Shown: one piece after another, positions 1-9,148 of the stretch
Numbering within the stretch: the first letter of the stretch is position 1
Layout: each line of letters starts with the position of its first letter
Origin: an uncultured Oscillospiraceae bacterium
GTDB taxonomy: Bacteria; Bacillota; Clostridia; Oscillospirales; CAG-382
Assembly: GCA_964401015.1 (NCBI GenBank)
Contig: CAYNXA010000001.1
Coordinates: 1 to 37,099 of the forward strand
DNA: 37,099 bases
Reading direction: 5' to 3'
Notes under the pieces: model-generated
Told to the model about the DNA's origin: nothing
Databases searched by the model: none
The model's input: the letters and a program-made list of their open reading frames with translations, nothing else
Program-made: the position numbers and the translations under genes

Positions 1-1
1 A

Positions 2-790
2 TGCGGCACTTGCGTCGATGTCGACAAGATCTACGATTCGGTACGCGACAAGGATTGTTTGGAGGACTTGAAGGTATTTTTGACCGAATGCGGTCAAGAT
101 ATCATCGATCACGCCACCAACATTCGTTGCAAATGCGTCGAGATTCTATGGACGCACATCACGGTCGATTCGGTACCTTTTAACAAAGGCTATTATTCGG
201 TTTACGTTCGCTTTTATTTCAAGCTTTTGTTCGAAGCCTGTATTCCCGGCGGCAAGAGTCAGGAATTTTGCGGGCTTGCCGTTTACGACAAAAAATGCGT
301 TTTGTTCGGCAGTGAGGGAAATATCAGCATCTTTACGTCCGAACCGTACAACAACGATTTTTGTTGCGGCTTGGAGGACGCGCCCGATCGCAAGACCAAT
401 TTGCCGAAAGTGGTGGTCGAAGTGGCACCGCCGATCTGTCTTGCCGTAAAATTGGTGGAAAAGCAATACAAATTCGGCTGTTGCTGCTGTACGTGCGATC
501 AAATCCCCGAAAACATCTGCCGCTGTATGGGCGGCGGTATGACCGACGATTACGGCGTGAAATGCCTGTACGTATCGTTGGGATTGTTTTCGATGGTGCG
601 GATCGAACGTCCCGTGGCATTGGTATTGTCGGCAAGCGAATTCTGTATTCCCGACAAGGAAAGCTCGGTATGCTCCGATTCGAGCGACCCGTGTGCGCTT
701 TTCAAAAAGATGAATTTCCCGATGGACGATTTCTTCCCGCCGAACAGTTCGTCGGTCGGCGGCACGACGGGCGGCGGGTGCTGTAAATAA
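2..790 (+). CDS. Cysteine-rich hypothetical protein, 5'-partial (reading frame open to the window edge)
   Basis: Frame 2 has no stop from nt 2 to the TAA at 788-790. The track's M at 59 is an in-frame TTG, so the true start is probably upstream of the window. About 25 Cys occur in 262 visible aa (CGTC, IRCKC, DFCC, FGCCCCTC, NICRC, C-terminal GGGCCK). No family recognised by eye. Confidence 0.6.
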   Translation, partial: CGTCVDVDKIYDSVRDKDCLEDLKVFLTECGQDIIDHATNIRCKCVEILWTHITVDSVPFNKGYYSVYVRFYFKLLFEACIPGGKSQEFCGLAVYDKKCVLFGSEGNISIFTSEPYNNDFCCGLEDAPDRKTNLPKVVVEVAPPICLAVKLVEKQYKFGCCCCTCDQIPENICRCMGGGMTDDYGVKCLYVSLGLFSMVRIERPVALVLSASEFCIPDKESSVCSDSSDPCALFKKMNFPMDDFFPPNSSSVGGTTGGGCCK

Positions 791-954
791 GAAAAAGTAC
801 GCGGTTGCGGGCGGACCATAGCCGCCCTGTGCTGTCGGGATTCGGCTCTTTTACACGGGCAGACTTTTTTCCATCGATCGATGCGTATAAGCGAAAAATC
901 GGGGGGCAAAATGCACAAAAATTTATAAAATGTAAGAAAAATGCCAAAATACTA

Positions 955-983
955 TTGAAATTTCGAAAAAGCTGTGTTATACT
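955..983 (+). promoter_or_regulatory. SigA-type promoter for the rimP-nusA-infB operon
   Basis: TTGAAA (955-960), 17-nt spacer, TATACT (978-983), with a TGt extended -10. It lies in an AT-rich intergenic region about 120 nt upstream of rimP. Confidence 0.5.
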
Positions 984-1008
984 ATAAAAAGAAATTAAGA
1001 TACGGAGT

Positions 1009-1049
1009 GTAAAGAGCGGTTTTCGGAACCGCTCTTTACGGTTTATTTC
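1009..1049 (+). terminator. Leader hairpin / putative attenuator between the promoter and rimP
   Basis: Perfect 13-bp stem GTAAAGAGCGGTT (1009-1021) / AACCGCTCTTTAC (1027-1039) with a 5-nt loop, followed by the T-rich GGTTTATTTCC...GTTTTTT. It lies downstream of the predicted promoter and upstream of the rimP RBS. Confidence 0.5.
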
Positions 1050-1102
1050 CCCGTTTTTTCGGCTCCGAACGATTTCCGAATCATCACAAGAAAGGGTTCG
1101 AT

Positions 1103-1585
1103 ATGGAAAACAAATCCAAAAAAAAGCCGATCGCGGCAACCGTGCGCGAATTGGTGCGCGACGCCGTGGAAGAATGCGGCTGTACGCTTTGGGACGTGGA
1201 ATACGTGAAAGACGCGGGCGGCATGAATCTTATCATTTATATCGACCGTGAGGACGGTATCAGTCTGGACGATTGTCAAACGGTCAACGACGCCGTTGAA
1301 CCGATCTTGGACGAGCACGATCCGATTCCCGACAGCTATTGTCTGGAAATTTCTTCCCCCGGATTGGAGCGCGAGCTGCGCACATATGACCACATCCGAG
1401 CGTTTTTGAATACCGAAGTGCTGGTGCGTCTTTATACGGCGCTCAACGGCAGTAAAAGCTTTACGGCACAAATCACTTCGTGTGATCCGGATGCCGACAC
1501 GGTGACCTTTGCGCTTGCCGACGGCGAAGCGCTGACCTTGGAACGCAAAACGATCGCGAAGATCAACACGGTGGCGCAATTTTAA
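1103..1585 (+). CDS. rimP: Ribosome maturation factor RimP
   Basis: 160-aa ORF with a RimP-like sequence (LWDVEYVKDAGG..LIIYID, LEISSPGLERELR). It sits immediately upstream of nusA, as in the conserved operon. Confidence 0.9.
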   Translation: MENKSKKKPIAATVRELVRDAVEECGCTLWDVEYVKDAGGMNLIIYIDREDGISLDDCQTVNDAVEPILDEHDPIPDSYCLEISSPGLERELRTYDHIRAFLNTEVLVRLYTALNGSKSFTAQITSCDPDADTVTFALADGEALTLERKTIAKINTVAQF

Positions 1586-1689
1586 CCTCGCGCAAACGGA
1601 CAGAAGCACAAATACGTTGAAACACAATTTACCCGATATGTCAAGCTTAACCGATATATCGGACATAACCGAAACGGAGGACCGTATAC

Positions 1690-2955
1690 ATGGCTAAAGA
1701 ACAAAAGGAGTTTTTCCGTGCCTTGGAGCTTCTCGAAAAAGAAAAAGGCATTCCGAAAGACTACATGATCGAAAAGATCGAAGCCGCGCTTTTGACCGGC
1801 TTCAAGAAAGAAACCAAAAATTCCAACATGAAAGTGGAATTGAATCCCGAAAAGCAGGAAATTCACGTATACAAATTGTTGGAGGTCGTTGACCCCAACG
1901 CGCTGACTTTGCCGCAGGTCGAAACCGAAGAAGATGTCGACGACGTGGATTTCGACTTTTACGACGACGGGGACGAACCGTTCGACACGTTTGACCCCGA
2001 AACGCAGATCAAGTTGGAGGACGCGCGCAAACTCAAAGCAAGTTACAATGTCGGCGATTTCGTGCAGATCGAAATCAATCCCCGCAGCTTCAAGCGTATC
2101 CCTGCGCAGACGGCAAAGCAAGTTATCATTCAAGGTATCCGCGAAGCCGAACAGCGCAACATGATCAACGAATACGAAAACAAAAAAGAAGATATCGTGA
2201 CCGCCGAAGTGGCGCGCATCGACCCCGAAACTGGAAACGTGGGGCTTATCATCGGCAAAAATCACGTGACTCTTTTCAAAAACGAACAGATTCCCGGCGA
2301 AACTTACCGTGAGGGCGAATTTATCAAGGTCTACGTTATGGAAGTGAAACGCGATACCAGTGGCCCCGCCGTTTTGCTGTCGCGTACGCACCCCGGTTTT
2401 GTAAAGCGTTTGTTCGAATTGGAAGTGCCCGAAATTCAGGACGGTACGGTCGTTATCCGCAGTATTGCCCGTGAGGCGGGCTCGCGTACCAAGATCGCCG
2501 TTGAATCGCGCGACCCGAACGTTGAAGCGATCGGTGCTTGTATCGGCTCCAAAAACACCCGTAAAAACAACATCATGAAAGAAATCCACGGCGAAAAGTT
2601 GGATATCATTCTGTACAGCGAAAACATCGAAGATTACGTAAAATCGGCTCTTTCGCCCGCCGACGTACAGTCGGTACGTTGTCTTGACGAACGCTCTTGC
2701 CGTGTGGTCGTTGCCGACGACCAACTGTCGCTTGCCATCGGTATGCGCGGTCAAAACGCCCGTCTTGCCGCGAAGCTTACCGGCTGGAAGATCGATATAA
2801 AGAGCTCCTCCGAAGAAAAGAAGGCGCTTTACGATTTGGCAATGAGCGGCAAAAACGAACCCTCCACCGCTTTCGGTGAAAAGCTGGCGGAAGCTTTGAA
2901 AGACGCGTCGGAAGCGGAAAACGGCAATATCGACGCCGATTCCGAAGAAAACTGA
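1690..2955 (+). CDS. nusA: Transcription termination/antitermination factor NusA
   Basis: 421 aa. It has an N-terminal domain, an S1 region (VTAEVARID), KH motifs (LSRTHPGFVKRLFELEVPEI; LSLAIGMRGQNARLAAKLTGWKIDI) and an acidic C-terminal tail. RBS GGAGGA lies upstream. Confidence 0.97.
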   Translation: MAKEQKEFFRALELLEKEKGIPKDYMIEKIEAALLTGFKKETKNSNMKVELNPEKQEIHVYKLLEVVDPNALTLPQVETEEDVDDVDFDFYDDGDEPFDTFDPETQIKLEDARKLKASYNVGDFVQIEINPRSFKRIPAQTAKQVIIQGIREAEQRNMINEYENKKEDIVTAEVARIDPETGNVGLIIGKNHVTLFKNEQIPGETYREGEFIKVYVMEVKRDTSGPAVLLSRTHPGFVKRLFELEVPEIQDGTVVIRSIAREAGSRTKIAVESRDPNVEAIGACIGSKNTRKNNIMKEIHGEKLDIILYSENIEDYVKSALSPADVQSVRCLDERSCRVVVADDQLSLAIGMRGQNARLAAKLTGWKIDIKSSSEEKKALYDLAMSGKNEPSTAFGEKLAEALKDASEAENGNIDADSEEN

Positions 2956-2999
2956 CGCCCGCATATTTTTACGAAAGAAAGGATACGGCTATTTTCCGC

Positions 3000-3290
3000 A
3001 TGAATAAAAAAATTCCCGAAAGAAAATGTATCGGTTGCGGCACGCGCCGTCCCAAAAACGAGCTGATACGGGTCGTTCGGTTGCCCGATGGGACCGTTAC
3101 GATCGATAAGACCGGAAAACTTTCCGGACGCGGCGCTTATCTTTGCCCCGCCGTTGCCTGCTATACCAAGGCGCGCAAGGCGAAACGTCTCGAATCCAAT
3201 CTCGAAATCGAAATTCTCGACGAGCTGCACGAAAAACTTTGCTCGCTTTTGGCATCGGAACAGGAGGACGCGCATGAAACGAAACAATGA
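3000..3290 (+). CDS. ylxR: YlxR/RnpM family RNA-binding protein (DUF448)
   Basis: 96 aa with the typical RKCIGCG..R.K.ELIRVV...G.V..D..GK..GRGAYLC motif. Conserved position between nusA and infB. Confidence 0.9.
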   Translation: MNKKIPERKCIGCGTRRPKNELIRVVRLPDGTVTIDKTGKLSGRGAYLCPAVACYTKARKAKRLESNLEIEILDELHEKLCSLLASEQEDAHETKQ

Positions 3291-3687
3291 TTCCTCTTTG
3301 CAACTCTACGTCGGAAAAGAAGCGATTCTTCGTGCCGATCTCGACAAGATCCTCGGCGCACTCGGACTTGCCATGAACGCGGGCGGTCTTGCCGTCGGCA
3401 GTGAGGCGGTGACGCTTGCGATCTCGCGTGCAAAGGCACGAATCGTTTTCTTGGCAAACGATCTGTCCGACAATACACGCGACAAACTGATGGGAAAGCT
3501 TCTTCTCACCGAAACGAAATACATTTTCTTACCGTGCAACAAGGAAACGCTCGCGCGCCGTTTGGGCAAAAGCGGATTGGTTTCCGCTGTGGCGCTGACT
3601 CGTCCCGGATTTGAAAAAATCATTTTCAAGAGCATGGAAAAGGCGGAAGCCGTATATTCTCACGACAACATAACGGAGGTGCAGTAA
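3274..3687 (+). CDS. ylxQ: L7Ae/L30e-family RNA-binding protein YlxQ-like
   Basis: ATG at 3274 is preceded by AGGAGG (3262-3267) and overlaps the ylxR 3' end by 17 nt. The sequence LGLAMNAGGLAVGSEAVTLAISRAKARIVFLANDLSDNTRDKL fits the L7Ae-like fold family. The part of the tracked ORF upstream of 3274 overlaps ylxR out of frame and is not credible. Confidence 0.8.
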   Translation: MKRNNDSSLQLYVGKEAILRADLDKILGALGLAMNAGGLAVGSEAVTLAISRAKARIVFLANDLSDNTRDKLMGKLLLTETKYIFLPCNKETLARRLGKSGLVSAVALTRPGFEKIIFKSMEKAEAVYSHDNITEVQ

Positions 3688-3690
3688 CAG

Positions 3691-6600
3691 ATGGCACAAG
3701 CTACCAAAAAAAATAAAGTCAACGCACTGGCAAAGGATCTCGGCTTAAAAGGCAAAGAACTCGTAGAATTCCTTTCCGAAAAGGGAATCGACGGCAAATC
3801 GGTTTCGGCAACGCTGGAGGATGAGGAAGTCAGCCTGATCTTGAATCATTTTACCAAAAAGTTCGAACTTTCGGACGTTTCCGCTTATTTTGCTTTGGCA
3901 CAGGTCAAGAAAGAAGAACCCAAGGCCGAAGAAAAAGTTGAGCCGAAGCCCGAAGCAAAAGTCGAAGCAAAGTCCGCAACACCCGAAAAAGCCGCCGCAA
4001 AAGCGACGGAAAAAACGGAAAAAGCGGAAAAACCGGAAAATACGGAAGAAAAAGCGGCACCCGCAGCGGAACGCAAAAATGCCGAAACGGTTGTCGATAA
4101 GAAAGCCGAACCTGTTTCGACCGAACCGAAAGCCGCTTCTGCCGCGCAAGAAAAGTCCGAACCCTCACCCGCCAAGCGCCCGGCTGTTTCGCAAGCGGCT
4201 ATCAATGCCGCCGCTTCGATCGCACAGCGTGCGGCAGCTCTTGCCAAGAAAAACGCGGCAAACGGCAATGCGGACACGCGCCGCAACGCGAGCGCGCCCC
4301 GTTCGAACGACAATCGCGCAAACGACAACCGTCCGAACGGCTCGTTCGGCGAAAGACGCCCCGCGAACGGCAATATGCAAAATCGCGACAGCGTATCGCG
4401 CTTTAACGATCGTTTCAACAAGCAGGGCGGGGGAGCTTCTTCGACCTCTGCCAAGCAACCGACCGAAATATTCGGAAAAGACGGCTTTGTAAAAGTGGCG
4501 CCCGCCGCTCCGCAAAAGCCCAAGAACGCATTCGACAAGAACCGCGCGGGCAAGTTCGGCAAAAATGCCGCGCCCCGCGACAAGGACGACGAATACGGTC
4601 AGTCGGTTCGTCAACCGAGCATTCGCCCGATTTATGACAAAGACGGTCGTGCTCGCAGTCGCTATGCGTCCGAACATACGGTAACGCTCGACGAATCGCA
4701 AGTAACGCGTCCCGACGGCGGTGTGCGCAACGATTCGAACGTTCGTCTGGTGGATATCCGTTCGCACGAAGTCGATCTTTCGAAGTACGACGAACGTTTG
4801 GACACATTGGTGCCCGACCGTGTCGGAGCGGAAGAGGACGCCGGCAAAAAGAAGCAGAAGAAAGCCCAAGGCGCACAAAATCGTGCCGGCGGCAGAATCA
4901 ACCGCAACGAATCGGCGGCACGCGGATTTTCGGCGCCCGCGAAAGGCAAGCCCAACCGCAAGGGCAAAGGCGCGCCCGTGAAGGAAACGGTCGAAGTGAA
5001 GAAATTCGCGGGACCGATCACCCTTCCCGAAGAAATCATGATTTCGGATCTTGCGTCCAAGCTTCATATTACCACGGGCGAAGTGGTCAAGAAGCTTTTG
5101 ATGATGGGACTGGGTATGGACGCGGTCGGCGCCAACAAATACGTCGATTACGATACCGCGTATTTGCTTGCCGATGAAATGGGAATCGTAGCCGAAAAAG
5201 AAGTGGTGCTTTCGATCGAAGAGCGCTTGTTCTCGGACGAAGAGGACAAACCCGAAGACCTTGCGCCCCGCAGTCCCGTTGTCTGCGTTATGGGTCACGT
5301 TGACCACGGTAAGACTTCGCTTCTCGATGCCATTCGCCATTCCAACGTAACCGCAGGCGAAGCGGGCGGCATTACACAGGCAATCGGTGCTTATTGCGTG
5401 AAAGTAAACGGTCGCGATATCACCTTCCTCGATACCCCCGGTCACGAAGCCTTTACGGCTATGCGCGCACGCGGTGCGAAAGCGACCGATATCGCTATCT
5501 TGGTTGTTGCAGCCGACGATGGTATCATGCCGCAAACCGTCGAAGCCATCAACCATGCGAAAGCCGCCGGTATTTCGATCATCGTTGCCATCAACAAGAT
5601 GGATAAAGTCGGCGCAAACCCCGACAATATCAAACAGAATTTGACCTCGTATGAGCTTGTACCCGAAGAATGGGGCGGCGATACCATTTGCGTGCCGGTT
5701 TCGGCTCTCAAGCGGCAAGGTATCGACGAATTGCTCGAAATGGTATTGTTGGTTGCCGATATGCAGGATTTGAAAGCCAATCCGAATCGCGAAGCCAAGG
5801 GTATCGTCATCGAAGCAAAGCTGGATAAGGGACGCGGTCCCGTTTCCACCGTTTTGGTACAAAACGGTACGCTCAAGCAGGGCGATGTGGTAATCGCCGG
5901 TACGGCGATCGGTCGTGTTCGTTCGATGTGCGACGAAAACGGTAAGCTTCAAAAGCAAGCGGGGCCCTCGGTTCCCGTGGAGATCACCGGTCTTTCGGAA
6001 GTGCCCGAAGCGGGCGACGAATTCCGTGCGGTTGCCGATGAAAAAATGGCGCGCGAATTGGTTGAAAAACGTAAGAACGACGCCAAAGAAGAGTTGTTCA
6101 AAGCCAACGCCAAGGTTTCACTCGACACCCTCTTCGACCAGATCAACGAAGGTACCAAAGAGCTTGCCATCATCGTCAAAGCCGATGTACAAGGCTCTGC
6201 CGAAGCGGTTAAGGCATCACTCGAAAAGCTTTCGAACGACGAAGTTAAGGTCAAAGTTATTCACAGTGCCGTCGGCGGTATCAAAGAAAGCGACGTTATG
6301 CTCGCCGATGCGTCGAATGCCATTATCGTCGGATTCAACGTGCGTCCCGACAAGGTTGCCACCGATTCCGCCGTGCAGAAAAACGTGGATATTCGCACCT
6401 ATCGTATCATTTACGAGTGTATCGAAGAAATCACCGCCGCCATCAACGGTATGTTGGCGCCCGAATATAAAGAAGTCGTTATCGGCCACGCCGAAGTGCG
6501 TCAAACCATTCATGTTCCGAACGTCGGATTCATTGCCGGTTCGTATATCCAAGACGGCAAGATCACGCGAAACGCGCAGATTCGTGTCGTACGCGACGGT

Positions 6601-6768
6601 ATCGTGATCGCCGAGGACAAAATTTCGTCGCTCCGCCGTTTCAAAGACGACGTGAAAGAAGTGGCGCAAGGATTTGAATGCGGTATCGGGCTGGAACGCT
6701 TCAATGACATCAAGGAACGCGATATTTTGGAAGCGTTCGTTATGGAAGAAATCAAACGCGAACTGTAA
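3691..6768 (+). CDS. infB: Translation initiation factor IF-2
   Basis: 1025 aa. G-domain motifs [20 protein letters not shown] and NKMD are present, with a long low-complexity Lys/Glu/Ala/Pro/Asn-rich N-terminal region. RBS GGAGG lies upstream. Confidence 0.98.
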   Translation: MAQATKKNKVNALAKDLGLKGKELVEFLSEKGIDGKSVSATLEDEEVSLILNHFTKKFELSDVSAYFALAQVKKEEPKAEEKVEPKPEAKVEAKSATPEKAAAKATEKTEKAEKPENTEEKAAPAAERKNAETVVDKKAEPVSTEPKAASAAQEKSEPSPAKRPAVSQAAINAAASIAQRAAALAKKNAANGNADTRRNASAPRSNDNRANDNRPNGSFGERRPANGNMQNRDSVSRFNDRFNKQGGGASSTSAKQPTEIFGKDGFVKVAPAAPQKPKNAFDKNRAGKFGKNAAPRDKDDEYGQSVRQPSIRPIYDKDGRARSRYASEHTVTLDESQVTRPDGGVRNDSNVRLVDIRSHEVDLSKYDERLDTLVPDRVGAEEDAGKKKQKKAQGAQNRAGGRINRNESAARGFSAPAKGKPNRKGKGAPVKETVEVKKFAGPITLPEEIMISDLASKLHITTGEVVKKLLMMGLGMDAVGANKYVDYDTAYLLADEMGIVAEKEVVLSIEERLFSDEEDKPEDLAPRSPVVCVMGHVDHGKTSLLDAIRHSNVTAGEAGGITQAIGAYCVKVNGRDITFLDTPGHEAFTAMRARGAKATDIAILVVAADDGIMPQTVEAINHAKAAGISIIVAINKMDKVGANPDNIKQNLTSYELVPEEWGGDTICVPVSALKRQGIDELLEMVLLVADMQDLKANPNREAKGIVIEAKLDKGRGPVSTVLVQNGTLKQGDVVIAGTAIGRVRSMCDENGKLQKQAGPSVPVEITGLSEVPEAGDEFRAVADEKMARELVEKRKNDAKEELFKANAKVSLDTLFDQINEGTKELAIIVKADVQGSAEAVKASLEKLSNDEVKVKVIHSAVGGIKESDVMLADASNAIIVGFNVRPDKVATDSAVQKNVDIRTYRIIYECIEEITAAINGMLAPEYKEVVIGHAEVRQTIHVPNVGFIAGSYIQDGKITRNAQIRVVRDGIVIAEDKISSLRRFKDDVKEVAQGFECGIGLERFNDIKERDILEAFVMEEIKREL

Positions 6769-6802
6769 TTTTGCTGCGGTCGTCGCTTGTAAATTTGTAT
6801 TG

Positions 6803-6845
6803 TTTCGCGGTTTTTCGTTCGAAATTCGTTCGGAAAACCGCGAAA
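6803..6845 (+). promoter_or_regulatory. Stable intergenic hairpin between infB and rbfA
   Basis: Perfect 12-bp stem TTTCGCGGTTTT (6803-6814) / AAAACCGCGAAA (6834-6845) with a 19-nt loop and no directly adjacent U-tract. It may be a processing, stability or partial-termination element. Confidence 0.35.
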
Positions 6846-6932
6846 GTACCTTAAAATTCGTTTTTGTACTTTTGCTTTTGAAAAATTTTGAAAAGCGAAA
6901 GAGCCGAAAACAAGCAGAAAGGAAATTGCCGT

Positions 6933-7334
6933 ATGCCTTCCAAAAACAAAGGCAGTGCCGCTTTTAAGACGGCGCGCGTTAACGAAGAGATCACCCGCGA
7001 GCTGACCGATATTTTGCGTGGCGTAAAAGACCCGCGGATCCACGCTTCGTTTGTCAGCATTGTTGCCGTCGATACGACGCCCGACCTCAAATATTGCAAA
7101 GTGCGTTTCAGTGTCTACGGCGGGGACGAAAAAGAAGTGAGTAAGGGATTGAAAAGTGCGGCGGGCTTTATTCGCCGCGAACTGGCGGCGCGACTCAATC
7201 TGCGCATGACGCCCGAACTTACGTTCATCTGCGACCACAGTATGGAAAACGGTGCGCGCATTTCGTCGCTGATCGATTCGCTGTCCAAAACGGTCGATGC
7301 ACCGTCGGACGAAGAAAACGACGCAACGAAATAA
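6933..7334 (+). CDS. rbfA: Ribosome-binding factor A
   Basis: ATG at 6933 follows GAAAGGAAA. RbfA-like sequence RVNEEITRELTDILRGVKDPR...VSIVAVDTTPDLKYCKVRFSV...ELAARLNLRMTPELTFICD. Conserved position after infB. Confidence 0.93.
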   Translation: MPSKNKGSAAFKTARVNEEITRELTDILRGVKDPRIHASFVSIVAVDTTPDLKYCKVRFSVYGGDEKEVSKGLKSAAGFIRRELAARLNLRMTPELTFICDHSMENGARISSLIDSLSKTVDAPSDEENDATK

Positions 7335-7447
7335 CACGAAAAGCAAACCGAAAAACAAAGACAACGGTCGGAAAACATCGAAAATATCAAAAATTCGAAA
7401 AAATCGAAACGAAAAAGCGAATACGAAAACGGGAAAGGAGGCGCGCC

Positions 7448-9148
7448 GTGAAAACCGAAAAAGAGTCGAAAAGCGAAAGAGACGAAAGTCGCAAAAAACA
7501 TACGAAAAACAAACAAAACGCAACTGCCGAACGTCGAAAACGTTACAGTTTTATCGAAACTGCCTGTATTGCCGTTTTGGTCGTTGCTTTGATCGTATTG
7601 TTCGCGCAATATTGCCTTTTGAAAAACGTCGGAAATTACGGCGGACTTCCCAAATTGGACGCCCGCCACGGCGACTTTGCCGCCTATACTTCGACTGCCG
7701 AAAAAGACGATTCGTTTATTTTCCCCGCCTTTATCGGTGTCGTTTCGGACGGACAAAAACTGGCACCGAGCGATCTTTCGACCCGCTCGGAATTGGTGCG
7801 CACCGTTCGTACGTACGTATTGAATCTTTTTTCGGGTAACGCCTATCGTCCCGAATTTGCGTCCGAATCGGCAAAGACCGCCTATATCGACCGTGAACTG
7901 TACGGGAGCGAACGTTGCGTTTATATTTTGTTTCCGAGCGAGGTCCCGTCGGCGTCGATCTATCCGTTGCTTACGGGAAATTCGTTTGTTTCCTCACGCG
8001 AATCGTACAGTATCCGCGAATTGTTCGTTTTTTGCAGTGAGCGCGGCGTTATCAGCGGCGCCGCCGTCGACAGTGAAGGAACCGTGACCGTATTGACCGG
8101 CGCGGAACGGACGGCGTTGACTTTTGATTCGCTTTCCGCATATCTTAACAATGAGGGGATGACGTCCTTTTCGTTTGTTTCATGGGAAAATCGGCGTTAT
8201 GCCGTCTACAACGGTTCGGTGGCACGTCCCACCCTTTCGGTAACGATACCTGAGGACGACTATCTCTCTTCCGGTTCCAATCGAACCGCCGCTGTTTTGC
8301 AAAGTTTCGGCTTCAGTCCGAACAACACGCGCCGCTATATCACGCGGCAAAGTTCGTCGAACGCCTCGGTCACTTACGTTGAGGATATGGGCGAACTTCA
8401 AATCGATGAAAAAGGAAACGTTCGGTATTGGAGTCCGGCGGGCGGCGGTATTCCGATCGCACTTTTGTGTGACCGCCAAACGGCTGTCGGCTCTTTTGAA
8501 GACAAAGTATGTGCGGCGTATCACGTTTTGCGAAAGCTGGATCCGCAACAGTTCGGCGGGTATGCTTCGTTCTGTTTAACGTCCGCATCGTATGCCGATT
8601 CGCGTCTTACCCTGCGCTTTTCGTATACCGCCGACGGAATCGTTATTCGGGAAAACGAAAATGCCGCCGAATTTGTTTTTGACAACGATTCGCTTGTAGC
8701 CGCGTCGCTGCTTGCCCATGTATACGAAGCGCACGAAGAAACATACGGCGACATTCCCCAACGGCTGTTGTTTGCCGTATCGTATGCGGGAGCGGAGGAA
8801 CAAGTACCGCCGCGTGATTTTGCCGCCGTTTACACGAAAGACGAAACCGACGGCATATATCGGGCACGGTATGCATTTTCTTACGTGAGCGGCAACGAAA
8901 ATGCCGAATCGGAAAGCGACAATGCCAACGCGGAAATGCCCGATACAGACCAAGCGACCGACATGGAAGTAAATGTGACGACCTATGCAAACCGAAACGT
9001 ACCCGCCCTCCGAAAGGAAAACGCAAACGCGGTTGACGGCAAAAACACAAACGTTTCGAAAGAGAACGGCATCGAAAGCGGAAATGAGATCAAAATCGGG
9101 ATCGGAAACGGGAAGAAAAAACGCGCGGAAAGGAAGGGGAAAGCATGA
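7448..9148 (+). CDS. Single-pass membrane protein, function unknown (tentatively YycH-like extracytoplasmic regulator architecture)
   Basis: GTG start at 7448 is preceded by GGAAAGGAGG. The protein has a Lys/Glu-rich cytoplasmic tail of about 35 aa, one TM helix (FIETACIAVLVVALIVLFAQYCLL), an extracytoplasmic region of about 430 aa and a low-complexity Asn/Glu/Lys-rich C-terminus. The family call is only an architectural resemblance judged by eye. Confidence 0.7.
   Translation: MKTEKESKSERDESRKKHTKNKQNATAERRKRYSFIETACIAVLVVALIVLFAQYCLLKNVGNYGGLPKLDARHGDFAAYTSTAEKDDSFIFPAFIGVVSDGQKLAPSDLSTRSELVRTVRTYVLNLFSGNAYRPEFASESAKTAYIDRELYGSERCVYILFPSEVPSASIYPLLTGNSFVSSRESYSIRELFVFCSERGVISGAAVDSEGTVTVLTGAERTALTFDSLSAYLNNEGMTSFSFVSWENRRYAVYNGSVARPTLSVTIPEDDYLSSGSNRTAAVLQSFGFSPNNTRRYITRQSSSNASVTYVEDMGELQIDEKGNVRYWSPAGGGIPIALLCDRQTAVGSFEDKVCAAYHVLRKLDPQQFGGYASFCLTSASYADSRLTLRFSYTADGIVIRENENAAEFVFDNDSLVAASLLAHVYEAHEETYGDIPQRLLFAVSYAGAEEQVPPRDFAAVYTKDETDGIYRARYAFSYVSGNENAESESDNANAEMPDTDQATDMEVNVTTYANRNVPALRKENANAVDGKNTNVSKENGIESGNEIKIGIGNGKKKRAERKGKA

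Noticed and set aside
1921-2007. An acidic insertion of about 29 aa (ETEEDVDDVDFDFYDDGDEPFDTFDPETQ) in the N-terminal part of NusA, relative to the B. subtilis sequence as I remember it.
   Set aside because: It is probably a lineage-specific surface loop. The frame is continuous and the flanking motifs are intact. Without alignments I cannot show it is unusual.
1582-2964. 460-aa minus-strand ORF antisense to nusA. Similar long antisense ORFs occur at 4165-5958 (infB), 10340-11653 (murA), 13117-14499 (GH127), 15155-16033 and 16046-16675 (DUF4965 gene), 17493-18314 (galM), 24090-24980 (SPFH gene), and 32114-33538 and 33545-34540 (pcrA).
   Set aside because: Each lies entirely opposite a gene with unmistakable conserved motifs. 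Their translations are low-complexity (rich in R/F/V/G), show no recognisable motifs and have no RBS. They are shadow ORFs, expected when TTA/CTA/TCA codons are rare in the sense strand.
3088-3273. 5' extensions of tracked ORFs: ylxQ from 3088, murA from 10184, rbfA from 6888, DUF4965 gene from 15191, mntP from 30648, trx from 30353, rbr from 29917, FTR-like gene from 30673, pcrA from 32126, yihY from 32259, tspO from 12280.
   Set aside because: In each case an internal ATG or GTG preceded by a good Shine-Dalgarno sequence gives an N-terminus typical of the family. The extension overlaps a neighbouring gene or lacks an RBS.
3885-4583. Overlapping ORFs in several frames and on both strands (3890-4492 +, 3885-4583 -, 3745-4149 -) in the 5' third of infB.
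   Set aside because: This is the repetitive GAAAAA/GCC-rich region encoding the disordered Lys/Glu/Ala/Pro N-terminus of IF-2. Such sequence stays open in many frames, and there is no independent evidence of coding.
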